Assembly: GCA_965261735.1 (NCBI GenBank)
Contig: OZ253470.1
Span: forward strand, 2,016,001-2,080,000
Origin: Alphaproteobacteria bacterium
GTDB lineage: Bacteria > Pseudomonadota > Alphaproteobacteria > SHVV01
Direction: 5' to 3'
DNA: 64,000 nucleotides
Shown: positions 1 to 8,881 of the stretch, piece by piece
Numbering within the stretch: position 1 is the stretch's first letter
Layout: every line of letters begins with the position of its first letter
Program-made: the position numbers and the translations under genes
The notes under the pieces: generated by a model
The model's database searches: none
What the model saw: the letters and a program-made list of their open reading frames with translations, nothing else
Told to the model about the DNA's origin: nothing

Positions 1-150
1 ATCCTGCAGATTTTCATCGCACCCCTGTTCCTGATCGCCGAGATCTTCGTCGCTCTGGGATTGAAGACGGAGCTTCACCGCCAAGTGGCGGCGGGCCTGG
101 CGAGCCACCCGGCCGATCCCGCGTCAACCGCGCGCTGGCCATCCCCCTAG
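1..150 (+). CDS. 3' end of a DUF962/Mpo1-like membrane protein (partial, runs off window)
   Basis: Frame 1 reads ILQIFIAPLFLIAEIFVALGLKTELHRQV...TAG, resembling the Mpo1/DUF962 C-terminus. Confidence 0.6.
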   Translation: MLQIFIAPLFLIAEIFVALGLKTELHRQVAAGLASHPADPASTARWPSP

Positions 151-2184
151 GCGAGGACGCGCGGGACGCGTGACCCGGTCCGGCGCACTATGCGCGCCGC
201 TAATCGCGCGACGCTCCGGTGGGGCGATTAGCCGCCTCGATTGCCTTCGACCGGCAGCGTCCGCACGACCGCGGTGAGCGCGTTTACCGAAGCGGAGTTC
301 AAGAAGATCGTTGGGGGGGCCGTAGGCGGGCGGCGAGACGCGCCAGCCGGATCGGGCGGCGGCCGGCGTCGCGTCGCCCGAACCGGCATCGTTCGCGGCT
401 CCGTCGCGCCACGCGACCTCGACGAGTTCGACCGGCTCCTTGAAGCCCTTGAAGTCCTGCGATCCGCCGTCGACGAACGTGATGTTCTTGCCCGCGCATA
501 AATCGCGCACCGCGGCCGAGACGAGAATGTCGTTGCCCTTGGCGGCGCCGCACAGGCGGGCGGCGAGCTGTACGGATGTGCTGAACAGATCCCCGTCCTC
601 GCGGATAGGCTCTCCGGCGCTGATGCCGATGCACAGGCCGAGCGGCAATTCCGGACACTCGCGCGTATGCCACTCCGCACCCCGCTGCATCTCGACCGCG
701 GCCTCCACGGCCGCCGAGATGCGCTTGAACGCGGTCATAATGCCGTCGCCGGTGTGTTTGATCTCGCGGCCCTCGAACCGCTGGATGGCACGGCGCACGA
801 TGTCGTTGTGGGCGTGCACGAGAGCCTGGCTGTGGGCGTCGCCGTGATCCTGGGTAAATTGAGTCGAGGACACGATGTCGGTGAACAGCACCGCGACGGT
901 GCCCTCGCCGCTCCGCTGGTCGCGCGGCTTGTTCCAGGCATCGAGGGCTGCCACGAGGTCGGCGCCGATTCCGGGCGGCGCATCGCCGGCACCCGTTGCG
1001 ACATCCCTATCGCGCAGATAACGCTCGATCGCGTGGCGCCCGGCGTCGAACATCTCGCTGCTCCGCGGATCGGCGAAGTAGCTCTCGTAGTTGGCGACGA
1101 AGCGCCGCGCCTTGCGCGCGTTACGGCCGAGGACCTCGATGCAGCTTCGCAGCACCTCGGGGTAGGCCGCCCCGTCGAGGTCCTTGGCTTCCAGGTAAGC
1201 CTCGCAGGCACCGGCGACGAAGAGGTGACAGCCGAAGGTGTTGGACGCGTTGAGCCGACCGCCCTTGACGTATTGCTGCGAATCCTTGAGATGGCCGAGG
1301 CAGCGGCCGAAGAAAACGAGGATGGCTAATTTCGCTTCGTCGAGCAGCTCCTCGCTCACCACCGCATTGATATCGACTCCGGCCTCGTCATCGTCAAACC
1401 ACGGGTGGTCCTCGCCCGCCTCCGAGCGTGCGCCGTCCTCCTCCTGGTCGGCCGCATCGGCCACGGTTGCGGGCGCATCGTTCTTGTTTCGTGAGTTGCC
1501 CGCGGGGGCCTTATCAGCGGCCGCGGCCGCGACGGTGGCATTGAGGAGCGCCGTAAACTCTTCGCGCGAGTAGAAAAAGGGAACGAGCGCAACGACGAAG
1601 AGAATGGCGGCGACCGCGAATATCTTGATTTGCGCGTTCTGCTGACCCGCGAATGCGGCATACTCCCCGAACGCGGAAGAGTTGCCCGCGGCCGACAAGA
1701 GGTAAACCAGCCCCAGCGCCAACACCGCGCCGCCCGCTAGTACACCGAAGATCTTGTAGGCGAAGACGTAGGGCGCGGGGCTCGCTGCGCGCGCGGGCAT
1801 CAACGCCGACCCGACGGTCGCGTGGCCTTCGGGCCTACTGGGCGGCGCGGCGGCGCGCGCCTCCACCCGGCTCTCGCGCGCGGGCTCGCGCTGTTGTTGT
1901 GCGGGCGCGGACTTGGACCGGCGATCCGCGCGCGGCCGAATCGCGGCGCCCCGAAAGTTCGTCACGCCGGTGCGCTTAGCGTCGCTGTAGGTCTCGACTT
2001 CTCGCGTGGTTCCGTCGTTCTGGTTGAACACCTCCTTGATGACGCTGACCGCCTCGACGGACGCTTCGTCGAAGACGGCCTCCGCGCGCGCGACGGCGTC
2101 GTCCCGGCCTACGCCCTCGACGCGATCGCTCAGCCGCCAGCGGCGCTCCTGGTAGGCATAGATTTCGTATGTGACAACGGGCAT
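124..2184 (-). CDS. Membrane-anchored class III adenylate/guanylate cyclase with uncharacterised N-terminal and central domains
   Basis: VLFTDIVSST, IKHTGDGIM and DLFSTSVQLAARL motifs; two TM helices; probable start MPVVTYEIY at 2184. Confidence 0.85.
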   Translation of the reverse strand: MPVVTYEIYAYQERRWRLSDRVEGVGRDDAVARAEAVFDEASVEAVSVIKEVFNQNDGTTREVETYSDAKRTGVTNFRGAAIRPRADRRSKSAPAQQQREPARESRVEARAAAPPSRPEGHATVGSALMPARAASPAPYVFAYKIFGVLAGGAVLALGLVYLLSAAGNSSAFGEYAAFAGQQNAQIKIFAVAAILFVVALVPFFYSREEFTALLNATVAAAAADKAPAGNSRNKNDAPATVADAADQEEDGARSEAGEDHPWFDDDEAGVDINAVVSEELLDEAKLAILVFFGRCLGHLKDSQQYVKGGRLNASNTFGCHLFVAGACEAYLEAKDLDGAAYPEVLRSCIEVLGRNARKARRFVANYESYFADPRSSEMFDAGRHAIERYLRDRDVATGAGDAPPGIGADLVAALDAWNKPRDQRSGEGTVAVLFTDIVSSTQFTQDHGDAHSQALVHAHNDIVRRAIQRFEGREIKHTGDGIMTAFKRISAAVEAAVEMQRGAEWHTRECPELPLGLCIGISAGEPIREDGDLFSTSVQLAARLCGAAKGNDILVSAAVRDLCAGKNITFVDGGSQDFKGFKEPVELVEVAWRDGAANDAGSGDATPAAARSGWRVSPPAYGPPNDLLELRFGKRAHRGRADAAGRRQSRRLIAPPERRAISGAHSAPDRVTRPARPRLGGWPARG
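228..325 (+). pseudogene. C-terminal remnant of a GYD-domain protein
   Basis: Reads LAASIA-STGSVRTTAVSAFTEAEFKKIVGG with frameshifts, resembling the GYD C-terminus (GxVRTxTLxAFTExEFxKI); no N-terminus. Confidence 0.4.
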
Positions 2185-2318
2185 GGGGAACCACCGTGCC
2201 GGCCACCTTAACCGGCTAGCGTAAAGCGCGCCCGGCACCGGTAAACCCGGCCTTAAGCCTCGCTGCCGTCTAATGCCAAGGCACGGGCGCTGGCTCGAGC
2301 GATTGACACCGGCTGGAA

Positions 2319-4367
2319 ATGGCGAAGTCGAGCGGCGAGGGCACGTCCACGACCTCCGATGGTGGCACCAGTGTCATCCTCAAGGATCGATTCCGCATCC
2401 ATTTGGATTCGCCGCTCGAGGAACTCGATTCGCCGACCGCGAAGGCCTTTCTCGCCAACGACCTTAAGAACGACGAGCGCCCGTTGTTCGCCCTCGTATG
2501 CGAGACCGGCGTGCCCTACAGGGCCAAGACGCTGTCGGCGCTGACGGGTCGCGAGATCCCCTACGTTCTGCCCGTTTCCACGGCCGGGGTCGTTCGCGTT
2601 CGTGCGGCCAAGAAGTTTTGCCTTGCACTCGTCCTCCAACGCCCCCGGGGTCCGCGCCTGAGCACATTGTTGGGCCCGGGCGGCGGCCCCATATCGGAGA
2701 CCTTCGCCGTCACCCGTTTGCTGCCGGTGCTCGCGGAGGCGCTCGAGGGGTTGGCCGCCTTCGACCTCGCGCACCGCGCCTTGAGGCCCGACAACATCTT
2801 CTTTGTCGACGCCGATCGTACCGAGCTTGCCCTCGGCGAATGCGTCAGCGCGCCGGCGGGATCCGGCCAACCCATGGTCTACGAGCCCGTGGAGCGCGCG
2901 ATGGCCTCGCCGGCCGGCCGCGGAGAGGGCAACCCCGCCTGCGACTGCTATGCGCTGGGCGCGGTATTGGTTGCGCTGTTGAGCGGCAAGGACCCGGCCG
3001 CCGGTATCGACGAGCGCGAGCTGCTGCAGGCCCGCATCGTGAAAGGCTCCTTCCGCGCCCTGACCAGGGATGTGCGCTTTCCAGGCGCGATCAGCGAGCT
3101 CATTCGCGGGCTACTGTGCGACGACTCGTCACTTCGCGCGAGCGCCGCCGACATCAAGGCCTGGTGCCAAAACCGTCGCCTCAACGTCAAGCCCGGAGCG
3201 CCGGCCCGTCAGGCGCGTCGACCCTTTGTCTTCCGGTCGCGAGAGATCCTTTACGACCGCACGCTGGCGAACGCGTTCGGCGAATCACCCGCCGAAGCGG
3301 CGCGCGTGATCCAATCCGGCAACGTGGAGGCCTGGGTGCGCCGCGGTCTTGAAGACGCCAAGGGAGCCGACCTCATCGGCCCCCTCGTGAGTGCGGCGCG
3401 GCCCAGCACCGGGGTCGCAAGCGAGCGCGACGACGCCGAGCTGGTCGGCCAGTTCTGCCGCGTCCTCGACCCGCTTGGCCCCATCCGCTTCGGCTCCCTG
3501 GCAGTAGCGGCCGACGGTATCGGCGGCGAACTCGCCGACGCCGTCCGCAAGAATGACGGCACGCGCGTGAGCTTGGTGGCGGATTTATTGCGTAGGGACC
3601 TTGCGACCGATTCGATCCAGTCGCGCGGTCTCTCAGGGGTGAAGAAAACAGCCGCGTTAGGACTGTTGCTGCGCCTGCGCGGGCACGTGGCCAACGGCTC
3701 GCCCGGCTTCGGCATCGAGCGCTGCCTCTACGAGCTCAATCCCAGCCTGCCCTGCATGAGTCCGCTCGTCGCCCGCCTCCACGCGAACGGCGTCCATACT
3801 CTCCTTCTTGCCCTAAATCGCGTTGCCACGGCGGCCGACGAGTCGGTCGAACTGCTGGATGCCCATGTTGCCGCGTTCATTGCCGAGAAATGGGAGAATG
3901 GGCAGCGCCGGCTCAGCGCCGTCGCGAGCGCGGGCAGCGATGAAATGGGGCGGCGGCTCGCCGTCCTGCGCCTGCTCGCGGCCCTACAGAGCGACGTGCG
4001 TAGTGACCCGCTCGTTGGCTTGACGGGCTGGTTCGCCAAGCGCCTCGACTCGTTGGTGAGCACCTACCGCAACCGCAACCGGCGCAGCGAGCTCATGCGG
4101 AGGCTCGAACAGATCACGGCCGGCGGCGACCTGCAGGCGATGGCGAAGCTGTTCCGCTCCTATCAAGGTCACGACCTCGACGAGCGCGCCTATCATCGGG
4201 CCGTCGCCGAGTACGCGGCGCTCGAACGGGGCGTCCTGCGCCTCAAGGCCGAGCAGGACGGTATCCCGTTCGCCACCTCCAGGCTCACCAGCCGAATCGT
4301 CGCGAGCGCGGGCTACTCGCTGCTAATGGTCAGTGTGGTCGGCGCGGTTATAGCGGCGGCGCTGTGA
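2319..4367 (+). CDS. Ser/Thr protein kinase-like protein (probable pseudokinase) with C-terminal TM helix
   Basis: HRALRPDNIFF catalytic loop, YEPVER (APE-like), DCYALG (subdomain IX); hydrophobic C-terminus. Confidence 0.8.
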   Translation: MAKSSGEGTSTTSDGGTSVILKDRFRIHLDSPLEELDSPTAKAFLANDLKNDERPLFALVCETGVPYRAKTLSALTGREIPYVLPVSTAGVVRVRAAKKFCLALVLQRPRGPRLSTLLGPGGGPISETFAVTRLLPVLAEALEGLAAFDLAHRALRPDNIFFVDADRTELALGECVSAPAGSGQPMVYEPVERAMASPAGRGEGNPACDCYALGAVLVALLSGKDPAAGIDERELLQARIVKGSFRALTRDVRFPGAISELIRGLLCDDSSLRASAADIKAWCQNRRLNVKPGAPARQARRPFVFRSREILYDRTLANAFGESPAEAARVIQSGNVEAWVRRGLEDAKGADLIGPLVSAARPSTGVASERDDAELVGQFCRVLDPLGPIRFGSLAVAADGIGGELADAVRKNDGTRVSLVADLLRRDLATDSIQSRGLSGVKKTAALGLLLRLRGHVANGSPGFGIERCLYELNPSLPCMSPLVARLHANGVHTLLLALNRVATAADESVELLDAHVAAFIAEKWENGQRRLSAVASAGSDEMGRRLAVLRLLAALQSDVRSDPLVGLTGWFAKRLDSLVSTYRNRNRRSELMRRLEQITAGGDLQAMAKLFRSYQGHDLDERAYHRAVAEYAALERGVLRLKAEQDGIPFATSRLTSRIVASAGYSLLMVSVVGAVIAAAL

Positions 4368-4844
4368 TGGCACCGAGGGCGCCCCTCGAACGCACCCGCG
4401 CAGGCGGGCCGCCCCGCGATCAGGGGCGGGTACTCGGCCAGGTTGTGATCGGCGGCGCCGGTTTTGTGCTTGGCATCGTTCTCCTGCTGCCGACGGTCGT
4501 CCTTTTCACCGTCGGCATGGCGCCAACTCTGGTCAGCGCCCTCCTGGTTTCGCGCGGAAGCGGTGGTGCCGGGTCGGGGGTGCCGAGCTTCAACCTCGCG
4601 GGCGTCGTCCCCGTTCTCGGCTGTCGCGGCCGACATCGCGGAGCGCAAGGCGCGCCAGAAGGCGCTCGTCGAGGAGTGGGGCCTCGACGTCGTCTCGACC
4701 GCGCTGGATGGGGTAGCCGAGCCGCGCGCCAAGCAAGCGACACCGAAGCCGGCGCAGCGGCACCCCTCCGACCAGGAGGCCGTCAACGACGTTGACGGCG
4801 CGCTGGCAACGGGGGAAGAGGGCGAGGTAGTGGCGGCGCGCTAG
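4364..4844 (+). pseudogene. Small membrane protein coupled to the kinase-like gene, with internal deletion/frameshift near 4620
   Basis: TGA/ATG overlap with the kinase. Hydrophobic N-part (LLLPTVVLFTVGMAPT...FNLAGVVPVL) is in one frame; the charged tail (ARQKALVEEWG) is in another, ending TAG 4844. Confidence 0.55.
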
Positions 4845-4853
4845 GCGGCGGCG

Positions 4854-5732
4854 CTAAGCGTAATGCTTGGCGAGTGCCGCGTTGCGCATCGCCTTTTGGA
4901 TCTTTTCGAAGGCGCGCACCTCGATCTGGCGCACCCGCTCTCTGCTGATGCCGTATTTCTTGCTCAGGTCCTCGAGCGTCGTCGGCTCGTCCTTGAGCCG
5001 CCGCTCATCGAGGATGTGCCGCTCACGCTCGCTCAGGCCCTTCATGGCCTGCTTCAGCAGAGCGCGGCGCTCGTCGAGCTCCTCGGTCTCACCCAGAACC
5101 CGTTCCTGGCTCGGCGCCTCGTCGACAAGCCAATCCTGCCATTCAGCATCGCCATCACCGCGCACCGCCGCGTTGAGCGAGTGGTCCGGCGCCGCGAGCC
5201 GGCGGTTCATGCTGATGACCTCGGTGTCCGAGACGTTAAGCTTGTCGGCGATCTCGCTGACGTGCTCGGGCGTCAGGTCGCCCTCTTCAAGGGCGTGCAA
5301 CTGCGCCTTCATCTTGCGCAGGTTGAAGAAGAGCTTCTTCTGAGCCGCGGTCGTGCCGATCTTGACCAGCGACCAGGAGTGAAGGATGTATTCCTGAATG
5401 GACGCACGAATCCACCACATGGCGTAGGTGGCGAGTCGGAAGCCGCGGTCGGGATCGAAACGCTTGACCGCCTGCATCAGACCCACATTGCCCTCCGCGA
5501 TCACCTCGCCGATGGGCAGGCCGTAGCCGCGGTAGCCCATGGCCATCTTGGCGACCAGCCGAAGATGACTCGTGACCAGCTTGTGGGCGGCTTCGATGTC
5601 CTCGTGCTCGCGCCACCGCTTGGCGAGGATGAACTCCTCTTCGGGCTCGAGCATGGGGAACTTGCGGATCTCCTGAAGGTAACGGGAAAGACTACCCTCG
5701 GGGGTGAGCGTCGGTATGGTTGTTCGCGCCAT
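4854..5732 (-). CDS. rpoH: RNA polymerase sigma-32 factor
   Basis: RpoH box QKKLFFNLRK; HLRLVAK, EGNVGLMQAV, SRERVRQIE. Confidence 0.97.
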   Translation of the reverse strand: MARTTIPTLTPEGSLSRYLQEIRKFPMLEPEEEFILAKRWREHEDIEAAHKLVTSHLRLVAKMAMGYRGYGLPIGEVIAEGNVGLMQAVKRFDPDRGFRLATYAMWWIRASIQEYILHSWSLVKIGTTAAQKKLFFNLRKMKAQLHALEEGDLTPEHVSEIADKLNVSDTEVISMNRRLAAPDHSLNAAVRGDGDAEWQDWLVDEAPSQERVLGETEELDERRALLKQAMKGLSERERHILDERRLKDEPTTLEDLSKKYGISRERVRQIEVRAFEKIQKAMRNAALAKHYA

Positions 5733-5781
5733 CGCGCACTCCGTGTCCTCTAGCGGCGCATCCTAGCGCTCGACTTTGTCA

Positions 5782-5810
5782 ATATTGTGACTTCGAGGCG
5801 CCCCTTCCAG
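5782..5810 (-). promoter_or_regulatory. Possible rpoH promoter (CTGGAA-N17-CAATAT)
   Basis: Resembles the alphaproteobacterial CTTGAA-N17-CCTATAT consensus, about 50 bp upstream of rpoH. Confidence 0.3.
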
Positions 5811-5821
5811 GGCGTTGACCG

Positions 5822-5839
5822 GTTGGCTCCGGAGCCAAC
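5822..5839. repeat. Perfect 18-bp palindrome after the rluD stop
   Basis: GTTGGCTCC/GGAGCCAAC. Confidence 0.5.
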
Positions 5840-5843
5840 TATC

Positions 5844-6806
5844 CTACAGACTTTCTAAATGAGTGATTAACCGGCGTAAATCATTCGGTAATTGGCTAAC
5901 CAATTGTATCGCCTCGCCGGTCGAAGGGTGGTCAAACCGGATAAAATGGGCGTGAAGCGCCTGTCGGCGCAGACCTGCCTCGCGCACGGCCGCCGTCATG
6001 GCCTGCGGCGGGCCGCGACGCAGGCCATAGAGCGGGTCGCCGATGACCGGGTACCCGAGATGGCGCAAATGAACCCGGATCTGGTGCGTCCGTCCGGTCT
6101 CGAGGCGGCACTCGAGGCGACTCGCGGCGCCGCCGAAGGCGCGGCGCACCCGATAGTGGGTGCGGGCCGGCTTTCCGCCCGCGGGTACGACCGCCATCTT
6201 CTTGCGGTTGGACGGGCTGCGGCCGATGTTGCCGGAGATGTCCCCCCTCGCGGGCGCTGGAACGCCCCATACCAGGGCGGTGTACGCGCGCACCACGCTG
6301 CGGCGAGCGATGTCGGCGGCGAGGGCGCGGTGGGCGGCATCGCTCTTGGCCACGAGCATGAGGCCGCTCGTGTCCTTGTCGAGTCGATGAACGATGCCCG
6401 GCCGGCGCACGCCGCCGATCCCGGAGAGGCTGGCGCCGCAGTGCGCGATGAGTGCGTTGACCAGGGTGTGTTCGCGGTGGCCGGGTGCCGGGTGGACGAC
6501 GAGGCCGGCCGGCTTGTCGATAACGATGAGGTCACGGTCCTCGTAGGCGACGACGAGCGGAATGGCTTGGGCGCGCGGCGCCGCGTCGACCGCCTCGGGA
6601 AGGCGCAGCGTCCATGACTGTCCGGCCTTCACCCGCGTGGCCGCCGCGGCGACGGCGGCACCGTTGCCGCCGAGGCAGCCCGACTCGATCAATGACTTGA
6701 TGCGCGAGCGCGAAAGGCTGGGCCATGCTCGTGCCAGCACGCGGTCGAGGCGCTCGCCATCGTCCGCGCGCGTGCACACATAGGTGAGGCTTTGCGGTTC
6801 CGCCAT
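5844..6806 (-). CDS. rluD: RluA-family 23S rRNA pseudouridine synthase
   Basis: S4 domain RLDRVL; DKPAGLVVHP, HRLDKDTSG, TGRTHQIRVH; typical position upstream of rpoH. Confidence 0.93.
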   Translation of the reverse strand: MAEPQSLTYVCTRADDGERLDRVLARAWPSLSRSRIKSLIESGCLGGNGAAVAAAATRVKAGQSWTLRLPEAVDAAPRAQAIPLVVAYEDRDLIVIDKPAGLVVHPAPGHREHTLVNALIAHCGASLSGIGGVRRPGIVHRLDKDTSGLMLVAKSDAAHRALAADIARRSVVRAYTALVWGVPAPARGDISGNIGRSPSNRKKMAVVPAGGKPARTHYRVRRAFGGAASRLECRLETGRTHQIRVHLRHLGYPVIGDPLYGLRRGPPQAMTAAVREAGLRRQALHAHFIRFDHPSTGEAIQLVSQLPNDLRRLITHLESL

Positions 6807-6960
6807 CGCCCGCGAGATTGGACCCAAAGACGCCCCGCCTCAAGGTGCGACCGAGGACCGCCGGGGTGCGTTTGACCCCCCACAATGGCACCGGTATCGT
6901 CTAAAGACATCGGCCGTACGCGGCGGGGCGGCCCTAATTCAATCCATCCGGTCCTCGACC

Positions 6961-7290
6961 ATGCAGATTCTCAAGGCCGTCGTCATCGTCATGGGGGTGC
7001 TTATCGTCGCCGGCTTCACCGTCATCGCGACGACCATCTACAAGCGCGCCGGACAGCGGGCGGAAACCAGCGCCGGCGCCGAGGGGAAGCCCGCCGGACG
7101 CGCCGCACCGCTACCGTTTACGGCGCGTCAGCTCGTGATCCCGCCAGGCAGCGCCGTGCGCCACGTCACGGCGGCCGACGAACGCTTGATCGTGTGGTTG
7201 TCGGACTCCGGCGGCACGCAGCGAATCATGGTGCTCGATCTCGGGACTGGCGAGGAACTCGGAACGTTCGAGATCAAAGAGTCGCCGTGA
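6961..7290 (+). CDS. Small N-anchored membrane protein (hypothetical)
   Basis: MQILKAVVIVMGVLIVAGFTVIATTIYKR TM segment; divergent from rluD. Confidence 0.75.
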   Translation: MQILKAVVIVMGVLIVAGFTVIATTIYKRAGQRAETSAGAEGKPAGRAAPLPFTARQLVIPPGSAVRHVTAADERLIVWLSDSGGTQRIMVLDLGTGEELGTFEIKESP

Positions 7291-7766
7291 TCCTGTTCGA
7301 GCCCGAGGATCTGCGCGCGCTGGTGACGGCGGTCGAAACGGCGTACCCCAACGAGGCATGCGGGCTGCTGGTCGGGCGCGGCGAGAACGGCGGGCGCTGG
7401 CGCGTCGCCCGGCTGGCGCCGAGCGCCAACCTCTCGGCCCACCCCGAGCGCGGCTTCGAGATCGACGCCAGGCTCCGGCTTACCCTGCAGCGGCGCCTGC
7501 GCGGGAGCGGCGACCGCGTGATCGGACTCTATCACTCCCATCCCGACCAGAGCGCCCAGCCCTCGGCTGCCGACCTCGGCCAGGCGTGGGAGCCCGACCT
7601 CGTCTGGGTCATCGTGTCGGTCCTGACGGGCGAGGCGGTGCTCACCTGCGGCCACGTCCTGAGCCGGCACGAAGACGGTCTTCGGTTCGACGAAATCGCG
7701 GTGCACACAACGGATTGGACCGCCGATCCGGTGCGCTCCGAACCCCTCGGGCCCGGCCTCCCATGA
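7287..7766 (+). CDS. M67/JAB (Mov34/MPN) metallopeptidase
   Basis: YPNEACGLL and YHSHPDQSAQPSAAD JAMM motif; GTG start overlaps upstream stop. Confidence 0.88.
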   Translation: MILFEPEDLRALVTAVETAYPNEACGLLVGRGENGGRWRVARLAPSANLSAHPERGFEIDARLRLTLQRRLRGSGDRVIGLYHSHPDQSAQPSAADLGQAWEPDLVWVIVSVLTGEAVLTCGHVLSRHEDGLRFDEIAVHTTDWTADPVRSEPLGPGLP

Positions 7767-7788
7767 GGCTCGCTCACACGCCACAGCC

Positions 7789-8826
7789 ATGAACTTCGCC
7801 AGCGACAACGTCACCGGCGTGGCCCCCGAAATCATGGCCGCGCTCGAACGCGCCAACGCCGGCAGCGTCATGCCCTATGGCGAGGACCCCGTGACCGATC
7901 GGTTGACGGCACTGTTCAGCGGGCTCTTCGAAACCCCGGTTACCGTGTTCCCCGTTGCCACCGGCACCGCCGCCAACGCGCTGTCGCTCGCGCTGCTGGC
8001 GCCGCCCTTCGGGGCGATCTATTGCCACGCCGGGGCGCACATCGAAAACGACGAGTGCGGCGCGCCCGAGTTCTACACCGGTGGCGCCAAGGTGGTGCCG
8101 CTTCCCGGCGCCCACGGCAAGATCGCCCCCGAAACCCTGGCGGCCGCGCTCGAGGGCGCGGGCGCCGGTGTCGCGCACCACGTGCAACCCGCGGCACTGA
8201 GCCTGTCGCAGGCGAGCGAGGCGGGGACGGTGTATGCGCCGGCCGAGGTAGCGGCGCTGAGCGCCGCGGCGCGCGCCCACGGCCTCGGCGTTCACATGGA
8301 CGGCGCGCGCTTCGCCAACGCCGTCGCCGCCCTCGGCTGCACGCCGGCGGACCTCACCTGGCGCGCGGGCGTCGACGCCCTGTCCTTTGGCGCGACCAAG
8401 AACGGCGCCATGGCGGCCGAGGCGGTCATCCTGTTTCGGCCCGAGCTGGCTGCTGATTTCGCCTATCGGCGCAAGCGCGCGGGCCACCTGTTCTCGAAGC
8501 TGCGCTTCCTGTCGGCCCAGCTCGAGGCTTATGTCGCCGAGGGCCGCTGGCTCTCCTTTGCCGCCCACGCCAACGCCATGGCGCGGCGCCTCGAGGCCGG
8601 CATCGGCGCCATCCCCGGCGCCCGTATTGTCCATCCCGTCGAGGCCAACGAGGTGTTCGCGGAGCTCCCCGCGGTGGTGCTGCGCGGCCTCGAAGCCGAC
8701 GGCGCGCGCTTTCACCGCTGGGAAGGCGAGGCGACGACCATCCGCCTGGTGACCGCCTTCAACACCGACGCGGGCGAGGTCGAAAGCCTGCTCGCCGCCG
8801 CCCGCCACCACGCGGGCGCGGCTTGA
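7789..8826 (+). CDS. ltaE: Low-specificity L-threonine aldolase
   Basis: MNFASDN, TGTAAN, HMDGARFANA, SFGATKNG (PLP lysine). Confidence 0.92.
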   Translation: MNFASDNVTGVAPEIMAALERANAGSVMPYGEDPVTDRLTALFSGLFETPVTVFPVATGTAANALSLALLAPPFGAIYCHAGAHIENDECGAPEFYTGGAKVVPLPGAHGKIAPETLAAALEGAGAGVAHHVQPAALSLSQASEAGTVYAPAEVAALSAAARAHGLGVHMDGARFANAVAALGCTPADLTWRAGVDALSFGATKNGAMAAEAVILFRPELAADFAYRRKRAGHLFSKLRFLSAQLEAYVAEGRWLSFAAHANAMARRLEAGIGAIPGARIVHPVEANEVFAELPAVVLRGLEADGARFHRWEGEATTIRLVTAFNTDAGEVESLLAAARHHAGAA

Positions 8827-8881
8827 GGGCTCGAGTTCGCGCCGGGATGACGGCGGCGAGGGGCAGAGGCGGGGTGTTGCC

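Noticed and set aside
4863-5753. Long antisense ORFs mirroring real genes (also e.g. 10305-12026, 13582-14610, 22582-23502, 56963-58693)
   Set aside because: Shadow frames expected at high GC; the opposite or alternate frame carries clear family motifs
7287-7766. JAB protein as part of a CBASS or ubiquitin-like defence system
   Set aside because: No CD-NTase, E1/E2 or ubiquitin-like gene nearby; housekeeping context next to rluD
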